DNA from: an uncultured Nitrososphaerota archaeon
GTDB taxonomy: Archaea; Korarchaeota; Korarchaeia; Korarchaeales; Korarchaeaceae
Assembly: GCA_964480775.1 (NCBI GenBank)
Contig: CAYZRF010000010.1
Location: 30,001 to 62,000, forward strand
Reading direction: 5' to 3'
Length of the DNA stretch: 32,000 nucleotides
Positions 17,228-25,024 of this stretch are shown one piece after another (position 1 is the first letter of the stretch; each line of letters starts with the position of its first letter). The position numbers and the translations under genes were made by a program. A model generated the notes under the pieces. The model was not told the origin of the DNA. It was given only the letters and a program-made list of their open reading frames with translations, and made no database searches.

Positions 17228-17860
17228 TTATGCTTGCTTCAACAGAATTGACAAAAAGGTCGCTATGATGCCTGCTATGAGCATCTTTATACCGTATATC
17301 GACCGTTGCTTCAAATTACCTGCACCTATCATATATCCAAGAGCGAATAAGGTTGTAAAGATTATTATGAAAGAAGAAATTGCAGCATACTCAACTGGAT
17401 ATGGTCTCTTCAAGCATATTAGAAACGGTGAAATTCCTATTAGGGCAATAACCACTGGAGCCAATCCATCCACCAAAGCTGTAAAGGAAGAAACAAATTT
17501 GCTGGCTTTTGCCAACAACGTATCCTGAAGATCAACAAGCACGGCCGATTCAAGCTCTTCTAGTCTCTTCTGCCTTTCTGCGGATTCTATAAGATAGACA
17601 GCGAAGATACCAGAGGTTCCTAGGGCTATTCCCGTGCTAATTGTTATTCCTACGATGAGCGAAGGGTCAAGACTTCCCGTGACGTATGCACCTATGAGAA
17701 TGCCCAATGTTGTCATGGCTCCGTCGAAAGCGTTTGCTCCAAAGTACCTTCGAATTATGCCTTCAGCCCTCCACATCTCTACATAACTACGGAACCTGTC
17801 TAACGTACTAGCAATCCGATGAGCTATCTCCCTCAAACGGGAGATCAGGGGCATCTGCAT
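17228..17860 (-). CDS. Integral membrane protein, VIT1/CCC1 (DUF125)-like
   Basis: RYFGANAFDGAMTTLGILIGAYV resembles the VIT motif (VLGANDGLVS...). A central acidic/coiled loop (ESAERQKRLEELE) separates two hydrophobic halves. Confidence 0.45.
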   Translation of the reverse strand: MQMPLISRLREIAHRIASTLDRFRSYVEMWRAEGIIRRYFGANAFDGAMTTLGILIGAYVTGSLDPSLIVGITISTGIALGTSGIFAVYLIESAERQKRLEELESAVLVDLQDTLLAKASKFVSSFTALVDGLAPVVIALIGISPFLICLKRPYPVEYAAISSFIIIFTTLFALGYMIGAGNLKQRSIYGIKMLIAGIIATFLSILLKQA

Positions 17861-17942
17861 GTATGGACCGCTCCTTCCTGAGAAAGGGTTGTTGAACTAA
17901 TTTATTTATCTTTATTGGTTTAATGAAAATAGACACTATAAG

Positions 17943-18293
17943 ATGATGGAACTCGTTATAGAAGAATACACGTTTGGTAGGATAAGGATAGGAGGTAGAG
18001 AATACACAAAAGACATTATAATACATAAAGGGAAGATCTACGATAACTGGTGGAGAAAAGAGGGCCATAACTTAGTTCCTGAAGATTTAAAGATAATATT
18101 AAGAGAACCTCCAGCCATCTTAATCATTGGTACGGGACATTCTGGTCTAATGAAGGTTCCTAAGGAGACAATTAAGTTCCTAGAGGAAAGAGGAATAAAA
18201 ACGATCGTGAAGAAGACGGCTGACGCCTGTAATACCTTTAATGAACTGGTGGGAAAGCAAGTCGTTTCTGCAGCCTTTCATCTCACGTGTTAA
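17943..18293 (+). CDS. Mth938-domain (DUF498) protein
   Basis: 116 aa. FGRIRIGGREYTKDIIIHKGKIYDNWWRKEGHNL..ILIIGTGHSGLMKVPKETIKFLEERGI matches the Mth938/NDUFAF3-like pattern. Confidence 0.75.
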   Translation: MMELVIEEYTFGRIRIGGREYTKDIIIHKGKIYDNWWRKEGHNLVPEDLKIILREPPAILIIGTGHSGLMKVPKETIKFLEERGIKTIVKKTADACNTFNELVGKQVVSAAFHLTC

Positions 18294-20148
18294 AATCTGA
18301 ATCGAGAGCCTCTCCAAGTTTGAAGTAGCTAACTACTTTAGCCGTTTGCCTTATGAAATCTGGGAGTAATCTCACGAGTTCTGGTCTTAAAAACCTCTCA
18401 TCACCTAAAACAAATGTTCCGTAGTCTTCAGAGGATCTTATCACCCTACCAAGGGCTTGCGAGGCCATTCTCATTGCAGGTACAATGTACGCGTAGTATA
18501 TTCCTTTCTTTTTCCCATAGATCTTCTGGTTATACTCCACATCAAGTTTCGTTCTCAAGGTTAGTCTTGCGAAAGGTACTCCAACTACGAAGGCTCCAAC
18601 TAATTCCTCACCTGGAAAGTCGGCTCCTTCGGCAAATCGTCCTCTCACTGGTGCAACTAAGACTCCATTACCTCTAGCTTTCTTAAAGCTCAATAGTAAG
18701 TTTCTTGCTTCTTCTCCTTTCATTCCTTCTTTTTCTACAAAAAGATCTCTCTCACAATCTATTGCACAGTCCAGTATGTCTGGCATCAGGTCATTCTGGA
18801 TCCTATAGCTTGCAGTAAATATCGCCACATTCCCTTTTATCTTTTCTAAAAATGCTCTTATAGCCGCAGCATACTTCTTTATCGTACCTTCGTCAAGGAC
18901 CTCTCCCTTAGTTGATAATCCGCTTAGGATAAAGCTTCTTATCCTATTAAGGTCTGCGGGAGATGGAAAAACCTTTCCTATACAGTTTGGGATGCCAGAC
19001 ATCTCAGCAAAAGCTTCTATAGGTTTTAAGGTTCCAGACATGAAAATGCAGTTCCTGAACTCTCCCCAAACTTCTGATAGAAGTTCTGCGCTCCTCATGT
19101 CCCAGACCTCAAGATAAAGCCTATTTTTCTCCCTAGAAGCTATGTATGCAATGCCATTAGTTCCCAACCTGTCCAATGCAAGCGTAAAGAACCTTGCAAG
19201 GTGGTGAAGAGATGATCTAGGTGCCTTGCCTTGCTCGACTCTGTTTGCTTGAATCTTTGAGCCTAAACTTAACATGACTTTCAGGTGCCTTGCCCTAATC
19301 CCTGAATCTCTCATTATATCTAAAGGATAGAACGCGCTTTCTTCCTCCGCTGCCATGGATAATCCGTCGAGAACCTTAGATAACCTTTCAAGAGCTTCTC
19401 TTACTTCTTTTGGGGCAAACCTTCCGAATTCTTCAACCTCTCTTATAGCTCTCCTTACGGTTTCGGTGCTAATCTTATCAGAGTGTAGGTTTCTTACTGC
19501 ATCAGTGAGATTGTGGGCTTCATCCACCACTAGGGTCGAGAAGGTGAAAGGAAATCTCCTTCTTACAACCCATCCCGATGGGCTTAGAACGTAATTATAG
19601 CTTAAACTCACTACTTTAGCATACTTAAGTAGTTCAAGCTGCAGAAAGTATGGACACATGTTTTCTATCGCTGCGAGATCCAATATATCGGTGAAAAGAA
19701 GTGGACCTCCCTCAAGCATATCTTCCCTTGCCTTGGTCCTTTTGTAGAAGAGACATTCCTGTTTTTTCAGTTTGCAAAAATTAGAAACAGCCTCATATCC
19801 TTTAATGCCTAATTTTTTAGCTTGAAGGCACATGTCTGCCTTTCCTCTGAAAGAAAGACCGAATATCCTCTCATTTACATGTTCACAGATTACCCTCAGT
19901 TCTTCTATCGGTCTGTCAGTTTCATTTCCCGTCCTAACTGCCCAAATTATTCCTCCTCTTTTTTCATCTCTGAGATAGAGAGGCAATAAAGCAGCAAGTA
20001 CGGCAGGAGTCTTTCCAAAGCCAGTTGGAGCATGAATGCAGACATTTCTGCCCCTTTCTGTAGCCTCCTGTATAAGTGCTATTAGTTCTTCTTGTCCTTC
20101 TCTTGCCTTATAGGGAAAATACTTCATTGATGTCAATGTGTCCATCAC
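18283..20148 (-). CDS. xpd: XPD/Rad3-family 5'-3' DNA helicase with a 4Fe-4S domain
   Basis: Walker A HAPTGFGKT and DEAH box VVDEAHNL. Four Cys are spaced as in the XPD FeS domain (CLQA...CKLKKQEC...CPYF). C-terminal helicase motifs (GRFAEGADF, QALGRVIR). Its 3' end overlaps the Mth938 gene by 11 nt (convergent). Confidence 0.9.
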   Translation of the reverse strand: MMDTLTSMKYFPYKAREGQEELIALIQEATERGRNVCIHAPTGFGKTPAVLAALLPLYLRDEKRGGIIWAVRTGNETDRPIEELRVICEHVNERIFGLSFRGKADMCLQAKKLGIKGYEAVSNFCKLKKQECLFYKRTKAREDMLEGGPLLFTDILDLAAIENMCPYFLQLELLKYAKVVSLSYNYVLSPSGWVVRRRFPFTFSTLVVDEAHNLTDAVRNLHSDKISTETVRRAIREVEEFGRFAPKEVREALERLSKVLDGLSMAAEEESAFYPLDIMRDSGIRARHLKVMLSLGSKIQANRVEQGKAPRSSLHHLARFFTLALDRLGTNGIAYIASREKNRLYLEVWDMRSAELLSEVWGEFRNCIFMSGTLKPIEAFAEMSGIPNCIGKVFPSPADLNRIRSFILSGLSTKGEVLDEGTIKKYAAAIRAFLEKIKGNVAIFTASYRIQNDLMPDILDCAIDCERDLFVEKEGMKGEEARNLLLSFKKARGNGVLVAPVRGRFAEGADFPGEELVGAFVVGVPFARLTLRTKLDVEYNQKIYGKKKGIYYAYIVPAMRMASQALGRVIRSSEDYGTFVLGDERFLRPELVRLLPDFIRQTAKVVSYFKLGEALDSDFNT

Positions 20149-20217
20149 TATAACAACTCTTGAATATCAACCTTTTCTTAAGAGGTGATCTAAACGCCAA
20201 CTATTTTCGACAGATTA

Positions 20218-21156
20218 GTGCTCGAAGCTGCAGAACAAATCCCTAAAGGAAAAGTAACTACTTTTGGTGAGGTTGCAAAAGCTCTTGGAGACGTAAGAGC
20301 TGCAAAAGCCGTATCGATTAGCGTTTTTAGAACTGTAAAGAAAAATGGGGGGCCTTGGCATCGCTTTGTAACTTCTGATGGCTCGTTGGGCATAATGGCC
20401 GAACAAAAAAGTAAATTACTGCTGGCTGAGGGAATTTCCATTAGGAACAATAGAATTTGCAATGTAGACAAGTTATTGGTTAGAGCCGAGGAAATTGACG
20501 TACTTCCAATCTTACTTAGGATGCGGCTCGCTCAGAAAAGGCTTAGAGAGAAGGTTCTCCTTGAAGACTCCTTGAAAGAAGCAGAGCTGGCTGCTGGAGT
20601 AGATGTGGCCTATGACATACAACAGGGGTTTGAGGTAGGATATGCTGCCTGTGTAATTGTGGATTCGAAGCTGACTACTGTTGAGATCAGGACTGTAAGA
20701 ATGATGGTCATGTTCCCATACATTCCAACATACCTAGCATTCAGAGAAATGCCATTTATTGCTGCTTCAACGAGGGGAATGGAGTTTGATGTACTTCTCC
20801 TAGACGGACACGGAATAGCTCATCCGGAGAGAATTGGAGAGGCTTGTCATGCTGGATTAGCTCTCGGCAGACCATCCATAGGGATAGCAAAGTCTATCTT
20901 GGTGGGAAAAGTTGTTGATAGCTCTATTCTACATGAGGGAGAAAGAGTTGGTTATGTAATTAGAAAAGATGGGCGAAGCCATGTATTTGTATCTCCTGGA
21001 CATTTAGTCTCTCTTAAAAAATCGAAGGAATTAGCAGAGAAATTCTGGGGAAAATTCAGACAACCTAAACCTTTGATTATAGCTCACAAGGTAGCGAAAA
21101 AGTTAAAGCAAGGAGACATATCACCAAAAATCGATCTCCTTCGTAAGGGTGGTTAA
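20218..21156 (+). CDS. nfi: Fusion protein: N-terminal alkyltransferase-like (ATL/MGMT DNA-binding domain, PWHR) + C-terminal endonuclease V
   Basis: N-terminal ~75 aa: IPKGKVTTFGEVAKALGDVRAAKAV...GGPWHRFV...KSKLLLAEGI. This is the AGT C-domain pattern, but with Trp (TGG, 20356-20358) where the Cys of PCHR would be. C-terminal part: GVDVAY, FPYIPTYLAFRE, LLLDGHGIAHPERIGEACHAG, GIAKS are the endonuclease V catalytic motifs. GTG start; an in-frame stop lies at 20191-20193. Confidence 0.8.
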   Translation: MLEAAEQIPKGKVTTFGEVAKALGDVRAAKAVSISVFRTVKKNGGPWHRFVTSDGSLGIMAEQKSKLLLAEGISIRNNRICNVDKLLVRAEEIDVLPILLRMRLAQKRLREKVLLEDSLKEAELAAGVDVAYDIQQGFEVGYAACVIVDSKLTTVEIRTVRMMVMFPYIPTYLAFREMPFIAASTRGMEFDVLLLDGHGIAHPERIGEACHAGLALGRPSIGIAKSILVGKVVDSSILHEGERVGYVIRKDGRSHVFVSPGHLVSLKKSKELAEKFWGKFRQPKPLIIAHKVAKKLKQGDISPKIDLLRKGG

Positions 21157-21441
21157 ATGGGAGAAAAAGTGAGAGCACACGTATTTGTTTCAGGGATAGT
21201 TCAAGGAGTATTTTTCAGAGCTAACACTAAGAGAGTAGCAGATCAACTTGGAGTGAAGGGATGGGTCAGGAATCTTCTGGATGGCAGAGTAGAAGCAGTT
21301 TTTGAGGGAGATAAAAGGGCGGTAGATGAGATAATTGAGTGGTGTAGATCTGGTCCACCTCTCGCAAGGGTTGAGCATGTTGAGGTACGTTGGGAACCCT
21401 ACAGGGGAGAATTTAAGGATTTCAGAATAAAATATGGCTAA
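21157..21441 (+). CDS. acyP: Acylphosphatase
   Basis: 94 aa. VSGIVQGVFFRANTKRVADQLGVKGWVRNLLDGRVEAVFEG is the canonical acylphosphatase signature. The ATG immediately follows the upstream TAA. Confidence 0.9.
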   Translation: MGEKVRAHVFVSGIVQGVFFRANTKRVADQLGVKGWVRNLLDGRVEAVFEGDKRAVDEIIEWCRSGPPLARVEHVEVRWEPYRGEFKDFRIKYG

Positions 21442-21491
21442 ATTTCACAACGCGGCTTTTGAGCTAAAGTTTATAATGCTACCTGCTAAGA

Positions 21492-22607
21492 TTGGGCAGG
21501 GCTAAGATAAGCAGAGAATTGCCGGGTGACTGTGATCTAGAGAGGTTAATCGAGCAAAATAATGTAGATACTGAATCTGTAAATAGAGTATCTTTAAGCA
21601 ATGGGGCTGAAGATATTGTCCTCTACAAGATAAGGGATGAGCCTTATTTTGACGATTTTTTGGAGACTTACATCGTTGACACGCCCGAGGCTAGGGAAAT
21701 AGCTGCATATCAGCATATCGTAGGCAGTGAACTGGCGTCAAAATGCCTAATCTGTGCACGTAAGGTCCTTAGACCTATTATTGAACTTACTTCCATTAGT
21801 AAAGAGAATGTGAGTAGAATTGTACATTTACATGTTCTCAGGGCAGCCCCGGGCTACCATTTGCACACCGTCCTTGAGGAAGTTTTTGGTAAGATAAGAC
21901 AAGCATATGTAAGGCCAAAATACGTTAAAGTTTCGTATAGAGACCACACAGGCCCTGAATCAATGGATTTAATGGTTGATTATAAGGAGTTCAGCTCTGT
22001 TCCAGCAAAAGAGGAGATCATAGTCGTTAAGCCAGACACAGAGGCGACAGGTAGAACAGCAGAGGTATCCCTCAAATCTTTCTTTGAGAGATGTGAGGAA
22101 ATAGATACAAGAATAAGAGAGCTGGTACTTTACGGGTTTATCTCAGCAAAAGGTCTCTTAAGGATAAAGAAGACTGCCTCTTCCCTTGGTATTGAGAAAA
22201 TAATTGCCTTTGCTCTAGTAGACCTAACTGCTCTAGCCCACAATAACTATGATATGGTGTTGTATGGAGTTGACGAAAGCCTCTGGAAGGAGAAGAAACA
22301 GCTAAGTAGGCTCGGAAGTATTGTTTCTAAAGATACTTTAAGATCGATGGCTCCTATTTATGTTCCAGGATTAGATCAGCCAGGAGATTTTTCAGAAAGG
22401 CAAGAAAAGCTTTGGGATGGGAAAAAATGGAGTAAAGGAGATGTACTCGGTCATCTGAAAAAGACAATAGATCTAATTAACTCTATTAAGGCAATTCCTG
22501 GAGCTTTAGAACCTTGGCAGGAAGAGATTGCTGACAAGCAATTAGAAATGCTTTATATGAAGATGAATGAACTTTCCCTCAAAGGGGATTTTCATGATAC
22601 TGTCTGA
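21492..22607 (+). CDS. Divergent uracil-phosphoribosyltransferase-like (type I PRTase) protein with long N- and C-terminal extensions
   Basis: LRAAPGY (cf. RAGLGM), IIVVKPDTEATGRTAE (cf. the PRPP loop LLDPMLATGGSA), and YVPGLDQPGDFSER (cf. IVPGLGDAGDR) occur in UPRTase order. No in-frame ATG lies near the 5' end, so the start is TTG at 21492 or TTG at 21519. A TATA-like tttataat sits at 21470-21477. Confidence 0.45.
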   Translation: MGRAKISRELPGDCDLERLIEQNNVDTESVNRVSLSNGAEDIVLYKIRDEPYFDDFLETYIVDTPEAREIAAYQHIVGSELASKCLICARKVLRPIIELTSISKENVSRIVHLHVLRAAPGYHLHTVLEEVFGKIRQAYVRPKYVKVSYRDHTGPESMDLMVDYKEFSSVPAKEEIIVVKPDTEATGRTAEVSLKSFFERCEEIDTRIRELVLYGFISAKGLLRIKKTASSLGIEKIIAFALVDLTALAHNNYDMVLYGVDESLWKEKKQLSRLGSIVSKDTLRSMAPIYVPGLDQPGDFSERQEKLWDGKKWSKGDVLGHLKKTIDLINSIKAIPGALEPWQEEIADKQLEMLYMKMNELSLKGDFHDTV

Positions 22608-23151
22608 TCGAGACATACTTTCTGCTATGGAAAGAGGCGAAATCAAGATTGTTCCGTTTAATATGAACATGTTAGGTCCCTGCTCTGTTGATTTAACGCT
22701 TTCCAGCAGGTTTAGGTTGTTTAAACCTGGAACAATAGTTGATCCAGAGTCTCTTGAGAGCGTTGATAGAGGAGCAGAGCTTATAGATACCAAAGGAAAT
22801 CCCTTTCTCATCTCTCCGGGCCAATTCGTGTTAGGGCGTACCAGAGAGAAGATCGCTATCTCAAAGAATTTGGCGGCTGTTTTAGAAGGAAGGAGCAGTA
22901 TTGCTAGACTTGGAGTTATCGTTCACGCTGCTGGGTTAGTCAATCCAGGATCTGGCCTTAAGAAACCGGTTCCAATGATTTTAGAAATCTTCTGTGAGAA
23001 TACGTCCCCTGTCAAACTCTATCCAGGAATGAAGATCGTTCAAATCCTGTTTCACAAGCTGACATCGCCAGCGAGAGTTGGTTATGACGAAAGAGATACC
23101 TCTCTATTTGTAGAGCAAAGGGAGCCTGGCTTGTTGTGCGACAAGGGGTGA
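22594..23151 (+). CDS. dcd: dCTP deaminase (possibly bifunctional dCTP deaminase/dUTPase)
   Basis: MILSDRDIL N-terminus, PCSVDLTL, GRSSIARLGVIVH, ILEIFCEN, and IVQILF are typical Dcd motifs. The ORF is open from 22567, but family N-termini favour the ATG at 22594. Confidence 0.88.
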   Translation: MILSDRDILSAMERGEIKIVPFNMNMLGPCSVDLTLSSRFRLFKPGTIVDPESLESVDRGAELIDTKGNPFLISPGQFVLGRTREKIAISKNLAAVLEGRSSIARLGVIVHAAGLVNPGSGLKKPVPMILEIFCENTSPVKLYPGMKIVQILFHKLTSPARVGYDERDTSLFVEQREPGLLCDKG

Positions 23152-23155
23152 TCAT

Positions 23156-23995
23156 ATGGTTTTTAGGGATGAGGAGGGAAGATTTCATCATATAGGAGCT
23201 AAAGCAGGTGAAGTAAATCCTTACGTGCTTCTTCCCGGTTCTAGAGTCAGGGTTAGAAAGATAGCTGAGAGGTTCGAGTCCAAGAGAGTTGTTTGGGATG
23301 GCAGGTTTTTGATGATAAACGGGTTTTATGAAGGAAAACCGGTTACGGCTATAGACACAGGAATAGGCCCTTCTTCAGCAGCAATTGTTGTGAGAGAAGT
23401 TATTGAGGGCATAGATTTCAACAAACATGAGAATGCAGTCCTTTTGAGGGTTGGAACCTCCGGTAGCCTTCAGCGATTCGTCAAACCAGGAGATTTAGTT
23501 GTTACTACAGGTGCGGTAGCTGAAGAAAGGGTTTCTGAGAGAATAGTTGGCTCAAAATATCCGCTGTGTGCCGATCCAGATGTAGTAATCGCGTTGGTTA
23601 GGGCTGCTGAGAAAAACGGATACGAACTTGGTAAAAACCTGCATGTAGGTGTTACACACGCCAAGGAAGCTTTGTATGAGATAGAGGATCCCTCTTTCTC
23701 TGCATTTCCTAAGAGAGCTCAAGAGAACTTGAAACTCCTCGAAAAGCTCGGAGTTCTCTGTACTGAGATGGAATTCTCCATTATTTCGGCCTTAGCGACT
23801 AGCTATAATGCTAGGTGGATTTGTAAGGGAGAGAGGAAGAGGATATACGTTGGTGGGGTTTTCTTAGTCCTCTCGCCTCCAAAGGGGGTAGAAGAAGGCA
23901 TTGAATTCTTAAAACCCTCTCAGGAAGGCTTGATAAAGACCGCATTAGATGCTTTGTTGGAGATGGAATTTCGCTTTCCTAGGGTGATAGTATGA
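23156..23995 (+). CDS. Nucleoside phosphorylase, PNP/UDP family 1 (uridine phosphorylase-like)
   Basis: GIGPSSAAIVVRE, RVGTSGSL, and TEMEFSII are conserved motifs of the Udp/DeoD fold. Operonic with dcd. Confidence 0.75.
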   Translation: MVFRDEEGRFHHIGAKAGEVNPYVLLPGSRVRVRKIAERFESKRVVWDGRFLMINGFYEGKPVTAIDTGIGPSSAAIVVREVIEGIDFNKHENAVLLRVGTSGSLQRFVKPGDLVVTTGAVAEERVSERIVGSKYPLCADPDVVIALVRAAEKNGYELGKNLHVGVTHAKEALYEIEDPSFSAFPKRAQENLKLLEKLGVLCTEMEFSIISALATSYNARWICKGERKRIYVGGVFLVLSPPKGVEEGIEFLKPSQEGLIKTALDALLEMEFRFPRVIV

Positions 23996-24285
23996 GGGTA
24001 TCGAACATATATGGCATGTATGTACTTACATCGGATGGAGAAAAAATTGGAGAGGTTCTGGACATTCAGGTTGACACCGGTTCTTGGAAACTGACAAAAC
24101 TTGTCCTAAAACCTTCTGACAAGATCGCCAAAGAATTTGGGTTGAAAAAGAGGTTTAGAGGTTCTAAACCCGTAGAAATGGAAGTCAATGTCATTAAGTC
24201 TATTCAAGATGTTATTATGCTTTCTCTTGACTCAAAAGAGTTCAGGAAAATGTTGAAGAGGCAGTTCCTCGGTGAAACCAGCTAG
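23992..24285 (+). CDS. PRC-barrel domain protein
   Basis: 97 aa. GMYVLTSDGEKIGEVLDIQVDTGSWKLTKLVL is the PRC-barrel pattern. ATGA overlap with the upstream gene. Confidence 0.7.
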   Translation: MRVSNIYGMYVLTSDGEKIGEVLDIQVDTGSWKLTKLVLKPSDKIAKEFGLKKRFRGSKPVEMEVNVIKSIQDVIMLSLDSKEFRKMLKRQFLGETS

Positions 24286-24955
24286 GTCCAGCTCTCATAG
24301 AAGAAAGTATGCTGGGAAGCTCCGCTATTGAACTCACAGATTTTACAGATGTTACCTCAGGAACCGTCTTTTCGCTCAACCAGATACCGACGAATCCATT
24401 CGCTTGAACAGTGATTACCCTCTCTAGGTAAATGTCTACATAGGCTATTCCACTTCTCTTGATTCGGTTCATCTTGGCTATGGAGTCAAGGGCCTTTAAC
24501 TCGTTTGACCTGCCTTTCAAACAAATTATAGAATCTAAAAGTTCAAACAAGCCTGTTTTCTCCAGTAATGATCTTACAAGCATCTTTCCAGCATCTTCTG
24601 ATGAAATAGCTGCTGTTCTAAATCCAATGAGCCTCAATTTTTTCAAAGTCTCAGGTGCGCCCGGAACAGGTCTCGATAGCTGAAGTCTCCTTGCCCAGAA
24701 AACCCTTTTCATCTCCTTTAGCTTTTCCTCATCAAGCTCTATTCCCTTTGATCCAAAGAACTCCTTCCACCAAACCTCTCTCTCAAATTCATCTGATATC
24801 TGTTTAAGCTGCTCCACAATCATCAAGTCTTTAAGGGTGTTTTGATCGTTAGGAAGGTTTGTCTCAGTTAACATTCTTTTGTAAGCTTCTCTAATCGAGT
24901 TATCGCTCTCCAGAAGAGTTCTGAATAAGTTAAACACAACTACCTTAACTGCCAT
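24242..24955 (-). CDS. HAD-superfamily-like protein with a degenerate motif I
   Basis: The N-terminus VVVFNLFRTLLE aligns to the HAD motif I (FDxDGTL) but lacks both Asp residues. A cap-like helical insert and a later AAISSE / VD block are present. The 3' end overlaps the PRC-barrel gene by 44 nt (convergent). Confidence 0.5.
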   Translation of the reverse strand: MAVKVVVFNLFRTLLESDNSIREAYKRMLTETNLPNDQNTLKDLMIVEQLKQISDEFEREVWWKEFFGSKGIELDEEKLKEMKRVFWARRLQLSRPVPGAPETLKKLRLIGFRTAAISSEDAGKMLVRSLLEKTGLFELLDSIICLKGRSNELKALDSIAKMNRIKRSGIAYVDIYLERVITVQANGFVGIWLSEKTVPEVTSVKSVSSIAELPSILSSMRAGPSWFHRGTASSTFS

Positions 24956-25024
24956 GGATAATCCCTCTATACGGTCAGCATTACCTGAATTTTCCCCGTC
25001 TACAACGTCTTCATTGGCGAGTAA

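Noticed and set aside
17223-17528. 101-aa plus-strand ORF
   Set aside because: It is antisense to the VIT-like membrane protein gene. Its hydrophobic composition mirrors the sense TM segments.
20181-20190. Near-perfect anti-16S Shine-Dalgarno-like AGAGGTGATC upstream of the ATL-EndoV gene
   Set aside because: It lies 27 nt from the GTG start, too far for a functional SD. The only nearer in-frame codons are non-start codons, so I treat it as coincidental or part of the divergent promoter region.
20190-20471. 93-aa and 63-aa minus-strand ORFs opposite the ATL domain
   Set aside because: They are antisense to a CDS that has clear AGT/ATL and EndoV motifs. Neither has a recognisable motif.
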